NCBI RefSeq assembly: GCF_963921235.1
Contig: NC_086101.1
Span: forward strand, 117,676,001-117,740,000
DNA: 64,000 nt
Origin: Mobula hypostoma
Lineage: Eukaryota
Direction of reading: 5' to 3'
Shown: one piece after another, positions 47,201 to 61,196 of the stretch
Position numbering within the stretch: position 1 is the first letter of the stretch
How the letters are laid out: every line of letters begins with the position of its first letter
Notes under the pieces: generated by a model
Database searches by the model: none
What the model saw: the letters and a program-made list of their open reading frames with translations, nothing else
What the model was told of the DNA's origin: nothing
Program-made: the position numbers and the translations under genes

Positions 47201-47550
47201 TCCTATGACAGTTTTTGCATTGAAACATAGACAGCTCAGGACACGAGTCACACCATGCTCAACCTCTTGATTCCTAACTTTGTCTGAGGTCTTACCAATA
47301 TCTGCCTCCACAGCGTCCCCACTTACTGTTCCGGCACTCTGATTCCCATCCCACTCCAACTCTAGTTTAAACCCCACTGTGCAGCATTAACAAACCTTCC
47401 CTCTGGGATATTAAACCCCACCCCCTCCAGTTCAGGTGCACACTGACCCCTTCTGTACAGGTCCCAGCTTCCCAGGAAGAGAGCCCAATAATCCAAAATC
47501 TTATGTCTTCCCTCCTACGCCAACTCCCTAGCCACGAATTAAACTGTACC
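44265..47550 (-). mobile_element. Long decayed CR1 LINE (ORF1 end plus ORF2 endonuclease/RT, many frameshifts)
   Basis: LGTHDHNMIEF; KSPGPVGIHPRVL; QHGFLKGKSCLTNLLEFFE...DVVYLDFQKAFDK; ALVRPYLEYC. Confidence 0.93.
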
Positions 47551-48711
47551 TCCTCCTTGTGGAATGCGTGGGTCTTTTTTTCCCCAGGTGCTCTGGTTTC
47601 CTCCCACAGTCCAAAAACATACTGGTTATATTAGCTGGAAACTGTGAATTGTCCAGTGATGAGGTTAGGGTTAATCAGGTTTTCCGGGGCCTGCTGGGGC
47701 AGCATGGCTTGAAAGGCCAGAAAGGCCTACTCCACGCCCCATCGCTAAATAAATAAATAAATGGTCGGTCAATCTACGAGATTGTACGGACTGGGGAAAT
47801 TGCTTTCTTTTCTCCATTTATAAGAGGTCAAACATAACAGATGGCTGTAAGGTAATTTGCTGTTCGTTTTCACCATCTGCTTCTGTTAATCAGCCACCGA
47901 GACCGTCATCAGGGACCCCCCGGCATCGAGAACATGGCCTCTCCTCACTGCTGTCGCCACTGGGCAGGAGGTACTTCACCACCAGCTTCAGGAACAGTCA
48001 GCACCACCCTGCAACCATCAGCCTTCTGAACCAGCATGGATAATTTCAAAACTCATAACCATCAACTGATTCCATCATCTACAGACTCAGTTTCAAATTC
48101 TCATTTCTTAGATTTATTCTGCATTTGCACTGTTTTTGTCTTCTTTTGCACACTGGTTGTCAGTCCATCTGTTTCTGCATAGTTTTTCATAACATTTTAT
48201 TTCCTTTCTCTTGTGAATGCCTGCAAGAAAATAAATCTCAGGGTTGTATATGGTAACAATAAATTTTGACAATAAATTTACTTTGAACTTTGAACACTTG
48301 CCCGGCTTCCCTGCACGGGGGGGTGCAGTGTGGATGAACCCTCTCGTCATCTGCCCGAGCTCACCCCAAGCTCTGGCCCTGTCATCTCCACTCCCCCCGC
48401 ATCAATCATCCACCGGCCCCAGCGCTTCCATTCTGAAAGCAGACACACTCAGCAGGTCGGGCAGCTTCCACGGAGGGAGAAACTTTCAGGTTGAAGAACT
48501 GCGAGTGAAACAAGGGTGTTCGACCGAAATTGTTCAGTCTGGTTTTCCCTCACGATTTCATGGGGTAGGACACGGCGGGAAGAGCACCATCTCAGAGACC
48601 CGGGGTTGATCCTGACCTCAGGGTTGTGTGTTTTATATGGTGTGTTTGAGAGAGGGAGAGGGGAGAGGGGAGAGCGAGAGGGTGAGGGGGAGGAGAGAGG
48701 GGATAGGGGAG

Positions 48712-48853
48712 NNNNNNNNNNNNNNNNNNNNNNNNNNNNNNNNNNNNNNNNNNNNNNNNNNNNNNNNNNNNNNNNNNNNNNNNNNNNNNNNNNNNNNNNN
48801 NNNNNNNNNNNNNNNNNNNNNNNNNNNNNNNNNNNNNNNNNNNNNNNNNNNNN
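48712..48853. other. Assembly gap (N run) inside a GA-rich repeat
   Basis: Ns flanked by gagaggg repeats. Confidence 0.99.
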
Positions 48854-49824
48854 AAATAGAGAAAAAGAGAGAAAGAGAGGGGGAGATGGAGAGAGGGAGA
48901 GAGGGAGAGAGACACACACACAACCTGGGAGCTGACACGGGCCTGATAGGTTGAATGGCGACATTCTGTCCTGTAACAATAAGCAGGATGTGTGTGAGTA
49001 GGACAAAGCTTTGAGTGTGTGGGGCGAATCTGTAATCACGGTTATGGGGTTTACAGGAGCTGTCAGAACAACAGAAAGTGGTACAGGAGGAAACCGGTTT
49101 GTAAATCAGATTGGGAAGAAACTGCTTAACATAGTGATGAAAAAGAGGAAGGGGGCTCTTAAAAGACAACTGGACTCTACCTATGGGGAAATCGGGTACT
49201 GTAAATTGTCCACTAGTTTGTAGGTGAGAGGTAGAATTAGCAGTAGTTGGCAGGGATTAAATAGGATTAGTGTAAATGAGTGGTTGACAGCCAGCATTAA
49301 CTCAATGGGCTGAAGGGTATGTTTCTGCTAGTCCAAGATGTATTCTCCAGCCAGACTTGGCAGACTGGTGGAAGCAGCAACTTCTCAAAGGGGAACGGGT
49401 AATTTCTGAATAAAAATGCCAGGGATGGGGGAAGAGGAAGGGGAGAGATAGATGAAGGATCTTTCAAGGTCACATTGGCTCTTCTAGTGAAGGTGTGATT
49501 GTGTGAAGAGTTTCCACAAATCAGCAATTGGTTTAAAATTGTCACATGAACCAAGATACAGTGAGAAGCTTTTGTCTGCAGATCATTCTGCACGTAATTA
49601 TGTCGATGCCATAAAAAGGAAAACACAACACAGAATAAAGTGTTACAGTTACAGAGAGTGTGTGTAGTGCAGGCAGACAAATAGAGCACGAGGGTACAAA
49701 AAAGGTAGATTGCGAGGACACATGTTCGTCCTTTAATGTACGAGAGTTCCATTCAAAAGTCTGATAACAGCAGGATAGAAGCTGCATTTGAGTCTAGTTG
49801 TTTGTTCTCTCAGTCTTTAGTATC

Positions 49825-50100
49825 CTACGGTGGTACGGTAGTGTAGCAGTTAACACAACACTTTACAGTACAGGTGACCCGGGTTCAATTCCCGCTACTG
49901 CCTGTAAGGAGTTTGTACATTCTCCCCGTGACAACGTGGGTTTCCTCCGGGTGCTCTGGTTTCCTCACGCAGTCCAAAGGTTGGTAGGTTAATTGGTCAT
50001 TGTAAATTGTCCCGTGGTTAGGCTAGAGTTAAATCAACAGTCGCTGGGTGGCAAAGGGCTGGAAGGGCCGATTCCACACTGTGTCTCAATAAATAAATAA
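49825..50100 (+). mobile_element. V-SINE, near full length, nested in Rex-Babar fragments (~49540-50390, minus)
   Basis: ggtagtgtagcagttaac...cccgggttcaattccc...gggtttcctccgggtgctc...caataaataaataa. Confidence 0.85.
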
Positions 50101-50519
50101 ACAGAAATCTTCTGCCCAGTGGGAGGAGGGAGAAAAGAGAATGCCTGGAGGGAGGGCTCCTATGTTGGTTGCTAATGCAGTGGGATGTGTAGACAGAGTC
50201 CATGGAGGGGAAGCTGGTTTCTGTGATGGACTGGGCTGTGTTCACAACTCTGCAGTTCCTGGCAGTCTTGGGCAGAGCAGGTGCTGTACCAAGCTATGCC
50301 TCTGTAAAAATTGGCAAAAGTCATCAGGGACATGATGAATTTCCTTCATCTCCTGAGGGAGTAGAAGCTTTGGTGTGTTTTCTCAGTTGCAGAGGAAGAT
50401 CTGGGACTTACAAATGAGTAGGATTTTCTCAGTAGGGCTTGGAAGACTGGGAATGGATCCTAATGCTTGAGGTCATTGGGGAAGAAAGTCTCAGATTGTG
50501 AAACTAGGAATAAATCACG

Positions 50520-50890
50520 GACCATTAGACCATAAGACATAGGAGCAGAATTAGGCCATTTGACCCATCAAGAATGCTCGGCCATTCGATTGTGGCTGAT
50601 TTATTATTCCCCTCGACCCCATTCTCCTCCCTTCTCATGGAACCTTTGATGCCCTGTCAAATCAAGAACCCTTTGAACTTTGTTGTAAATGTACCCATTG
50701 ACTAGGACTCCACAGCAGTCTGTTGCAGTGAATTCCACTCTCTGGCTAAAGAAAATCCTCCTCGTCTCTGTTCTAAATGGACGTCCCTCTATTCTCAGAC
50801 TGTGCCCTCTGGTCCTGGACTCCCCCACTACAGGAAACATCCTCTCCACATCCACTCTGTCAAGGCCTTTCAATATGCAATAGGTTTCAG
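50520..50890 (-). mobile_element. CR1 3' fragment
   Basis: KGLDRVDVERMFPVVGESRTRGHSLRIEG. Confidence 0.88.
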
Positions 50891-51519
50891 TGGGGTTTGG
50901 AAGGCAGTATGATAAGGTTCAATGAGACCACAATCAAGAGGAGGTGAGATTGTGGAAAGAAGATCTGACTTTATTAACAGTCATCAATATATACAGTACC
51001 TCTGCAGCTAACAATCCTTCTGAAAATCCATTCACGATATGCATCTCCACCAGCAGTCCCATTCCTTCCCTGTCCAACTATCGTGGCCTGCTAAACATTG
51101 AGCTGATGCCTACACACTCCCCTCTGTCTTCAGACATCGCCAACACCAGCACTGAGCTTCCTCTGAGCCCCTCCTCTCACTCAGAGCAGGACCAAGGCAG
51201 AGGTTACCCACACAGACAGCTCGGAACATGGCCACATTAACCCACAAAGGAAGTTGCCCTCTTGCTCCATAAATGAACTGCGTCGAGAAGAATATTCTCA
51301 GTATTTTGAGGGGGAGAAGTCGCAACCTCGACAAAGAGGCCTCTGGGTCACCATCGAGAAGGTAAATCTATCCACGTGCAATAACACAGGTAGTTATCAC
51401 AGACATTCAAAAGGTTCAGGAACAGTTAGTGCCCCTCAACCAGACTGACATGGTCACTCACCTCGACACCGGACTGATTCCACAAACTATGGACTCACTT
51501 TCAAGAACTTTACATCTCA

Positions 51520-53535
51520 TGTTCTTAATAGCCATGCCCTCTTCTCGCTGACCACCATCAGGAAGGTACAGGAGCCTCAGGACTCTCACCACCAGGTTCA
51601 GGAACAGTTACTGCCCCTCAGCCATCAGGCTCTTGAACCAGAGTGGATAATTTCACTCACCTCAACTCTGAACTAATTCCACAACCTATAGACTAATTTT
51701 AAGTACTCTAAACCTCACGTTTTCAGTATTTCTTACTTATTTATTTATTATTGATAAATTTTATTTTTTGTACTTGTACAATTTATTGTCTTTTTCACAT
51801 TGGCTGTTTGTCCATCTTGTATGCAGTGTTTCTTTGTACTTACCGTGAATGCCTGCAAGACAATGAACCTCAGGGTTGTTTATGGCGACATAAATGTACT
51901 TTGATAATAAATTTACTTCGAACTTTGACCAACAAACAATGGAGGAACCTTCACAAACCCACACAGCCCCTGATGACCCTGTGATTTCAGTCTCTGAGGC
52001 CGACATGAGAGCTTCTTTCAGGAGGGTGACCCCACTGAGATCATCTGGCCCAGACAGGGTACATGGCTGAGTCCTGAAGACCCGTGCTCATCAACTGTCC
52101 GGAGCGTTCACCAGTATCTTTAACCTCTCACTTCCGCAGTCTGAGGCAACTACCTGCTTCAAACAGGCTTCAGTTATACTTGTGCCCAAGAAGGACGTGG
52201 TAACCTGCCTCAGTGATTATCATCCAGTAGTACTTACACCCACAGTGATCAAGAGCTTTGAGCGGTTGGTGATTAAGCATATCAACTCCTACTTGGGGAG
52301 CGCTCTGGACCTGCTCCAATATGCAACAGGTCACAGATGAAAAGAAGATGACATCTCACTGGCTCTTCACTCAGTTCTGGGACATCTGTGAAGATGCATA
52401 CATCAGGATGCTCTTCATTGACTACAACTCAGTACTATCATCCCCTCAAAACTAATCAGTAAGCTCCAAGACCTTGGTCTCAATATCTCTTGGTTCAACT
52501 GAATCCTTGATTTCTTCATCTGAAGACCCCAGTCAGTTCGGGTTGGCAACAATATCTCCTCCACAATGTCCATCAGCACAGGTTCACCACAAGACTGTGT
52601 GCTTAGCCCCCTGCTCTACTCGCTTTACACTTGTGACCGTGAGACAAAGCATAGCTCCGATGCCATATTCAAGTTTGATGATGACACCATTGTAGTGGGC
52701 TGAAAAATTATTATTAACTACAGGAGGAGGAAACTGGAGGTTCTTGAGCCAGTCCTCATCAGGGGATCAGAGGTAGAGAGGGTCAGCAACTTAAAATTCC
52801 TCAGTGTTATTATTTTGTTCGACCTGTCCTGGGCCCAGCATGTAAGTGCCATTACAAAGGAAACACGACAGCACCTCTACTTCCCTAGAAGTTTGCAAAG
52901 ATTTGGCATGCCATCTAGTGCTTTGACAAACTTCTATAGCTGTGTGGTGGAGAGTATACTGACTATTTGCATCATAGCCTGGTATGGAAACACCAATGCC
53001 CTCCAACAGAAGAGCCTACAAAAAGTAATGGATATGACCCAGTCCATCACGGGTGAAGTCCACCCCACCATTGAGCACATTCACACAGAGCGCTGTTGCA
53101 AGAAAGCAGCATCCATCACCACGGACCCTCACCACCCAGGTCAGACTTTCTTCTCGCTGCTACAACCAGGAAAAAGGTACAGGAGCCTCAGGACTCACAT
53201 CACCACGTTCAGGAACAGTTACTACCCCTCAACCATCAGGCCCTTGAAATAAAGTTTCACTTGCCCCGTCACTGTACTGTTCCCACAAACTATGGACTCA
53301 CTTTCAAGGGCTCTCCATCTATGTTCTTGATATTTATTGCTTATTTATTATTATTATTTATTTTGCATTTGCACAGTTTGTTGTCTTTTGCACATTGGTC
53401 CTTTGTCGCTCTTATTTGTGTGCGGCGTTTCATTAATTCTATGGTGTTTACTGTGAATGCCCGCAAGAAAATGAATCTCAGGGTCGTATATAGTGACATA
53501 TATGGACTTTGATAATAAATTTACTTTGAACTTTG
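51520..53535 (+). mobile_element. Rex-Babar LINE fragments including a decayed RT-to-3'-end copy (~51930-53535)
   Basis: LSWAQHVSAITK...RQHLYF...FYSCVVESILTICIIAWYG...FRNSYYPSTIR; GxPQ-CVLSP-like and DDT-like RT remnants. Confidence 0.9.
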
Positions 53536-53731
53536 TTCTTTGAGGAGCACATCACACCAGACAAAGCAACATGTTTTCTTTTCTCATCGTCTGTCGCATG
53601 TGCCCATTACTGGCAAGTTCAGTTTGCTCTTCCGCCCTCCAAACCACTGCACCCTCTTCCCTCTCCCCATTCAGAAAGTGCAAATCTTCCTTGAAACAAG
53701 AAAATCAAGTGATCAATGTCTAACCTGCTCT

Positions 53732-53868
53732 NNNNNNNNNNNNNNNNNNNNNNNNNNNNNNNNNNNNNNNNNNNNNNNNNNNNNNNNNNNNNNNNNNNNN
53801 NNNNNNNNNNNNNNNNNNNNNNNNNNNNNNNNNNNNNNNNNNNNNNNNNNNNNNNNNNNNNNNNNNNN
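53732..53868. other. Assembly gap (N run)
   Basis: Ns. Confidence 0.99.
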
Positions 53869-54067
53869 CTCGCTAGAGAGCCTCTAATATTTGCTAATCA
53901 CTGCTTCAGACTCAGTAACCACAGACTGCAACAACATGAGTTAAAATCTCATCAGATTATCTACAATAAATTACCAACTCAAAGCCCAAGTCTTTGAAGG
54001 ATTTTCTTCAAACAATCAGCACAACACATTTAACAGGTACATTCAATCATAAAACACTTCTTTTTAA

Positions 54068-55095
54068 TCAACACAAGAGATTCTGCAGATGCTGGAAATC
54101 CAGAGTAACACACACACAAGATGCCAGAGGAACTCAGCAGGTCAGGCAGCAACTATGGAAGATGAATAAAAGGTCGACGTTTTGGGCCAAGACCCTTCAT
54201 TGAGTCTATCCACTTTTATCAGGTTCCTTCTTTTATGCCCCTTTACCTGTTCCACCAAAGCAGGGATGTAATGTTGAGACTTTATAAAGCACTGGCGAGG
54301 CCTCACTTGGAGTATTCTGAGCAGTTTTTGGCCCCTTATCTTAAAAAGGATGTGCTGAAACTGGAGAGGGTTCAAAGAAGTTTTACAAAAATAATTCTGG
54401 GAATGAAAGAGTTATCATACAAGGAGCGTTTGATAGTTCTGGGCCTGTACTCACTGGAATTCAGAAGAATAAGGGGTGACCTCATTGAAACCTATCGGAT
54501 GTTGAAAGGCCTCGATAGAGTGGATGTGGAGGGGATGTTTCCTGTGGTGGGAGAGTCTAAGACCAGAGGGTACTGCCTTAGAATAGAGGGATGTTCCTTC
54601 AGAACAGAGATAAGTAGGAATTTCTTTAGCCAGAGAGTGGTGAATCTGTAGAAGTTGTTGTCACAGGTGGCTATGGAGAACAAGTCATAGGGTGCATTTA
54701 AGGCAGAGGTTGATAGATTCTTGATTAGTCGGGACATGAAGCGATACTGGGAGAAGGTAGGGGATTTTTTTTTCCTGAGAGAGAAATGGATCAGCCATGA
54801 TGAAATAGCAGAGCAGACTCGATGGGCCAAATGGCCTAATTCTGCTCTGACATCTTATGGTCCTATCGCCTCCCAGTTTCCCCCTTCCCCCACTCACCTA
54901 CCTTCCCCCTCATCTGGCTTCACCTATCACCTGCAATCTTGTACTCCGTCCCCTCCCAACATCTCATTCTGGCTTCTTCCCCTTTCCTTTCCAGTCCTGC
55001 TGAAGGGTCTTGGCCCAAAATGTCGATTGTCTATTCCCCTCCTTAGATGTTGCCTGACCTGCTATGTTCCTCCAGTATTCTGCATGTGTGTCACA
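54068..55095. mobile_element. Penelope-like element with inverted terminal repeats, interrupted by a CR1 3' fragment (54255-54862, +)
   Basis: 54110-54200 (aggaactcagcaggtcaggcagc...gtcgacgttttgggccaagacccttca) is inverted at 54990-55090. The CR1 encodes ALARPHLEYSEQF...RGDLIETY. Confidence 0.75.
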
Positions 55096-55333
55096 CAGTA
55101 CTTTTGACTTTTCCTTACTGAGGATTGGAATTCTCAATTACTATAAAAACAAAGGCAAGCTGGTATTTTGAACAGTTTATTGAGAGCCAGTTATGCCCTG
55201 ATGGCACGATTATTATGACTGAACATAAGCAAAACAGGGAGGAACAGCAGACAAGTCACCACAGAACTTTAACACATTTTCAATTAATCTAACAGATGAT
55301 TGTACATAAGATTAAATCTTCAGCTGTAACATA

Positions 55334-55882
55334 CACTCAGTGGCCATTTTGTTAGGTACACCTGTACACCTGCTCATTAATGTAAATATCTAACCAGCCA
55401 ATCATGTGGCAGCAACTCAATGCATAAAAGCATGCAGTCATGGTCAAGAGGTTCAGTTGATGTTCAGACCAAACATCAGAAAGGGGAAGCAATATGATCT
55501 CAGTGACTTTGACCATGGAATGATTTTTGATGCCAGGCAGGTCTGGGTATCTCAGAAACTGCTGATTTCCTGGAATTTTCATGCACAACAGTATCTAGAA
55601 TTTACAGAGAATGATGCAAAAAACATCCAGAGAGCAGTAGTTGTGTGGGCAAAAACGCCTTGTTAATGAGAGAGGTCAGAGGAGAATGGCCAGACTGGTT
55701 CAAGCTGACAGGAAAGGCCACAGTAACTCAAATAACCACGCGTTACAACAGAGGTGTGCAGAAGAGCATCTCTGAATGCACAACACTTCCAACGTTGAAG
55801 TGGATGGGCCACAGCAGCAGAAGACCATGAACGTACACTCAGTGGCCACTTATGTAGTACCTAATAAAGTAGCTACTAAGTG
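55334..55882 (+). mobile_element. Tc1-like transposon, internally deleted
   Basis: TA|cactcagtggccattttgttaggtac ... gtacctaataaagtagctactaagtg|TA; N-terminal transposase remnants KGKQYDLSDFDHGMI and ATVTQITTRYNRGVQKSISECTT. Confidence 0.9.
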
Positions 55883-56124
55883 TAGATTTGCAAGCGCCCC
55901 ACCATAATGGGAAGATTAAAGCCAGGAAGAGCAATGAGAAGATGGAATGTCTATGCTTGAAGAGATTAAGACAAAGAATTAAATGGGAAAGTCCTCAGTC
56001 TGATGCTGTCCCACCGATGCACACTTGTCAGGAAATGTAGAGGAGGCTTGCCCCAAAAGCAGGATAGCGAAGATGATTTAGTGGTGAAGGATAACTAGTG
56101 ACCTGGTAAGGAAACACCAATACC

Positions 56125-57725
56125 ATTGAACAGAAAATTCTACCAAATACAGTGGATTTGGCTCAGTACATCACAGGTAAAACCCTCCCAACCATTGAGC
56201 ACACCTACATGAAACGCTGTTGTAGCGTCCATCATCAGAGATCCCCACCACCCACGTCATGCTCTTTTCTCTCTGCTACCATCAGGGAGAAGGTACAAGA
56301 GCTATAGGATTCGCACCACCAGGTTCAAGAACAGTTACTACCCCTCACCCATCAGGCTCTTGAACAAATGGGGATAACTTAACTCAGTGACTCCTTCTGC
56401 AGCTGAATCCTTGACCTCCTGCCCAACAAACCAGAAGGAGTAAAATAGGCAGTGACATCTCCGCCATTATTGTTTTCAACGTCATGTCCGCAGCCCCCTA
56501 CTCTACTCCCTGTACACCAACAAATTCGTGGCTAGATGTTTCTCTAACTCTATCTGCAAGTTTATAGTTGACACCACCCCAGAGGGCTGTATCCCCAGTA
56601 ACAACAAGGTGGAGTACAGGAAGGAGATAGAGAGCCTAGTGACGTGTTGTCATGACAACAACCTCTCCCTCAGTGTCAGGAAAACAAAAGATCTGATCAT
56701 TGCATCAAAACGGGGCCGGTGGTCTCAATGGTGCTGAGGTGCGGAGTGTTAAAAACTTCAAGTTGCTTGGAGTGAATAGCCTCTCCTGGTCCAGCCATGA
56801 TTACATCACATCCAAGGAAGCTGACAAACGCCACTATTTTCTCAGGAAGTGAAATAAATTAGGCACGTTGCCTCCCCGTTGGCCCTCGCCAATTTTTATT
56901 AATAGACCATGGACGGTATTCTATCTGACATCACAGCCCCGGTATGGCAACTGCTCTGCACGTGACAGCAAAAAATCTGCAGAGAGTTGTGGACACAGCT
57001 CAGAATGTCACAGAAGCCAACCTGCCTGTCTACACTTCCTGCTGCATCAGTAAAGCAACCAGCATTATTTATTTATTGATGGATTCAATTGATTGACTAA
57101 GTGACTAATTGAGATTTGCGTGGAATTTGCCCTTCTGGCCCTCTGAGTCGCTCTGCCCTGATTCAATCCTATCCTAATCACAGGACTATTTACAAAGACC
57201 AATTCACCTACCGACAGGTACATCTGTGGACTGTGGGAGGAAAGCAGAGCACCCGGAGGAAACTTGCGTGGTCACGGTGAGAACATACAGACTCCTTACA
57301 AGCAGCGGCAGGAACTGAACCCAAGTCTCCGGTACTGGAAAGAGTTGTGCTAACCACTACGCTACTGTGCCAAACCTCAAAGACCCCATCCACCTCAGAC
57401 ATTCTCCCTTCTCTCCCCTTCCGTCATGCAGAAGATACAACACTTGAAAGCACAGACCACCAGGTTCAAGTACAACTTCTATCCCACTGTTATTAGACTC
57501 TTGAATAGGTCTCTTGTACAAAAAAAATAAAATAGCCTTGACCTCACAATTGACATTGTTAAGTTCTTACACATTATTGTTTACCTGCATTGCACGTTTT
57601 AACAATTGATTCTGCATCGTTATGCTTTACCTTGTTCTACCTCAATGGGTTGTGTAATGATCTGATCTGTATGACCAGTAGGCAAGACCAGATTTTTACT
57701 CTATCTCGGTAAATGTTACAATAAT
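56125..57725 (+). mobile_element. Rex-Babar-type fragments with a nested minus-strand V-SINE (~57065-57372)
   Basis: EYRKEIESLVTCCHDNNLSLSVRKTKDLII; FKNSYYPS-like end; SINE body ggactgtgggaggaaag. Confidence 0.82.
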
Positions 57726-58251
57726 AAACCAATTCCAATATCAATCATTTTTAAAATTTTATTTAGCAATACAGTGCCAAGTAGACCCTTCCAGCCACAC
57801 CACACCAGCAACCCCACAACCCCAATTAACCCTAACCTAACCGCGGGACAATTTACAATGACCAGTTTACCTACCCAGCACGTCTTCAGACTGTGGGTGG
57901 AAACTGGAGCACCCGGGCAAAACCCACGCATTCCACGGGGAGGGTTTGACTCACGCAAGGACAGACGTGGATGTAGGATTGCCTGTTTGGAAGACTCTTA
58001 CAAACTGCTCCTGATGTAGAGTGGAGACAGTTCCGGCTGGCTGCATCACCACCTGGTCTGGAGGCACCAGTGCACAGTGTCGCAAGAGGCTGCAGAGGGT
58101 GGTAGACTCAGCCAGATCCATCGTGGGTACGATCCTCCCACCAGCGAGGAGAGCTTCAAGAGGCAGTGTCCCAAGAAGCCGGCATCCATCACCAAGGACC
58201 TTCAGCATTCGGGACATGCCCTCTTCTCATTCCTACCATCAGGGAGGAGGC

Positions 58252-58690
58252 ATAGAGCCATAGAAAACTACAGCACAGAAATAGGCCATTCGGCCCATCT
58301 AGTCTATGCCTACTCACATCGGCCTGCACTGGGACTACAGCCCTCCATACCCCTACAATCCATGTACCTATCCAAACTCCTCTTAAATGTTGAAATCGGG
58401 CTGGCATTCCCCACTTGTGTTGGCAGCTCATTCCACACTCCCTCCACCCTCTGAGTGAAGAAGTTTTCCTTAAACTTTTCACCTTTCACCCATAACCCAT
58501 GACCTCTAGTTGTACTCCCACTCAACCTCTGTGGAAAAAGCCTGCTTGCATTTACCCTGTCTATACCCCTCAATAACTTTGTATTTCTATATCAAACCTC
58601 CTCTTAATCTTCTATGTTCCAAGGAATAAAGTCCTAACCTATTCAAACTTTTCTTAAAACTGAGGTCCTCCAGACCTGGCAACATGCTTG
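58252..58690 (-). mobile_element. CR1 3' fragment
   Basis: MLPGLEDLSFKKSLNRLGLYSLEHRRLRG; NFFTQRVEGVWNELP. Confidence 0.88.
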
Positions 58691-59729
58691 TCTGAGATAC
58701 CAAAGTGTTTGTCTGTGAGCTGTAGTTTGATGGACTCTTTGGGGCTTCTACTACTGATTGTATGGTGGGGGGGAGGGGGGTCTGTTGGAATGACTGGGGG
58801 TGTTGGGGTGTCGGTGCTGTTTGCTGCTGCTTGTGTGAAGCACAGGGGGGAGGAGGAGCTTCAGGACTTCTGTGGGGTTTCTTTGTTTCGGGGATGTTTG
58901 TGAAGTGTACAAAGTTCAGGTTGTGAGGTTTCTTTGTTTCGGGGATGTCTGTGAAGAGTACGAAGTTCACGTTTTACTTACTCTGATAGTTTAAAGTTAT
59001 TTAGAGATACATCGGGGAACAGACCCTTCTGGCCCAACAAGTCGTGCCGCCCAGCAACCTACCCAGCTCACCATAATCATGGGACAATTTACAATGACCA
59101 ATTAAACTACCAACCGATATGGCTTTGTACTTTCTACCCGGAGGAAACACACAGTTACAGGGAGAACACACAAAATCATTACAAACAGCGCCTGAATCAA
59201 ACTCTGACACCCCAAGCTGTAATAACATTGCGCTAACCACTATGTTACCATGGCCCCCCATGTGTTGTCACACTGCACTCTCTCTGTAACACTTTATTCT
59301 GCTTTCTGTTACTGCTCTGATCCTGCACTACCTTAGGTACCGATGAGATCTAAATAGATGGCATGCAGAAATGTACCTTTGAAACCTTTGAAGTTTCTCT
59401 GTACTCTTTCAATCTAATTTACATCTTTTCTGTAGGTTAGTAACTGAAACTGCACACAATACTCCAAATTAGACCTCACCAACATTTTATACAACTTCAA
59501 CAGGACTGAAAAGGACCCTGCTCTCCATGGGATTTACTGTACCCAATTTAAGGCCTCCTATATACGAATCGTTGGTGTAAAGTACATAGGCAGATTCTGA
59601 GGTTGTCTAAGACATTGGTGAGCCTGAAGACACCAACTCAACATACTGTATTAGGTACAGCTACAATCACTTCGCCATCAGATCTCTCAATAGTCCATGA
59701 AGCCACAAACTCTACCTTGCTATTAGTTT

Positions 59730-60200
59730 ATCTAAGAAATGATGTGTTGACATTGGAGAGCATACAAAGGGGGTTCATGAAAACGATTCTGGGATTGAAA
59801 GGTTTGTCATATGAGGAACATTTTATGGCTCTGGGTCTGTAGTCACTGGAAGTCAGAAGAATTAGGAGAGAATCTCATTGAAACTTAGCGAATGTAGGGA
59901 GGATGTTTCCTATGGTGGGGGAGTCTCAGACCAGAGAGCACAGCCTCAGAATAGAGGGGAAATTTTCATAGCCAGAGAGCAGTGAATCTATTCGTTGCCA
60001 CGGGTGGCTGTGGAGGCCAAGTCATTGGGTATGTTTAAGGCAGAGGTTGATCGATTCTTGATAAGTCAATGCATGAAGGGATACGAGAAGAAGGCAGGAG
60101 ATTGGGGCTGAGAAGGAAATGGATCAGCAGTGACAAAATGGCAGAGCAGACTTCCTGGGCCAAACGGTCTAATTCTGTTCCTATATCGCATGGTCTTATA
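59730..60200 (+). mobile_element. CR1 3' fragment
   Basis: DVLTLESIQRGFMKTILGLKGLSYEEH and a tggtcttat tail. Confidence 0.85.
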
Positions 60201-61142
60201 CTCTGATGGAACAATGCTGTAAAGTGCTTTAATTAAGGTAAAACTTGTAAAGTCTATATTTCTAACTTGGATTCCATGTGACATGGCTGTGAAGTTCACA
60301 GTTGTGGCGTAATAGTTAGCCCTCAAACAATCTCCCTGATGACACAGCTCATTATTACCCAATGCAACACACACAAACTGCTGGGGGAGCTCAGCAGGTC
60401 AGGCAGCATCTATGGAAATGAATACACAGTAGGAGTTTCGGGCTGAGACCCTTCTTCGGGACTGAAAAGGACCCTGCTCTCTCTGGGATTTAGACACTTC
60501 CAATTTAAGGGTTGTGCCTCCTACATCACCAAAGATGAATCATTGGGTGTAATGCACTTTGGCAGGTTCTGAGATGGGAAGGATGATACGAAAACGTTAT
60601 TTTCCTGTAAATTTCAGGACAAATGATGGAAGAATCAAGGGGTAAGGAATGGAGATTTTAGGTTTTTCCCTAATGATTATCCGGTATTGGTCAATGTTAC
60701 TGACACTGGAAGTAATTTTTCCCCAGAGGTTTCAGACATTGAACTAAATCCTCCTTCCTTTAGTCGAGGTGACCATAGACTTTTGGAGTATTGTGCTGTT
60801 GAGTCATACACCAGGGAAATAGGTCCTTCAGTCCTTCAAGTGTGTGCTGACCATCAACCATTAAACTTACACCAATGTACTGTGACCTGGTTGATTTTCC
60901 CAATGTTCCCTTTCATCTGGTTACCCCTCCTCCCAGACTCCATCCCCTCACTCACACACAGACTTTGGGGGGGGGGGAATAATTAACTTCGTCGATCGTT
61001 GGCACGCGAGAGGAAATGGGAGGACCCAGGGCAAAGAAACTCTCACATACACGTACACACACGCATGCACATGCATGCACTCAGTATATCAAGTCAAGTT
61101 TATCGTCATTTATCTATACACACACACACAGACACACACACA

Positions 61143-61196
<54 letters not shown>

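Noticed and set aside
44265-47550. Autonomous active LINE
   Set aside because: ORF2 is broken by many stops, frameshifts and deletions; the same applies to the CR1 at 14920-19300 and the Rex copies.
48365-48432. Minus-strand exon-like unit gtgtctgctttcag|AATGG...TTGGG|gtgagc upstream of A2
   Set aside because: 68 nt, phase 1 to 0, so it would frameshift the neuroligin ORF, and it does not resemble A1. At most a poison or cryptic exon, with no supporting evidence.
1130-50100. tRNA-like A/B boxes at several sites
   Set aside because: All are SINE heads continuing into V-SINE bodies; no complete cloverleaf was seen.
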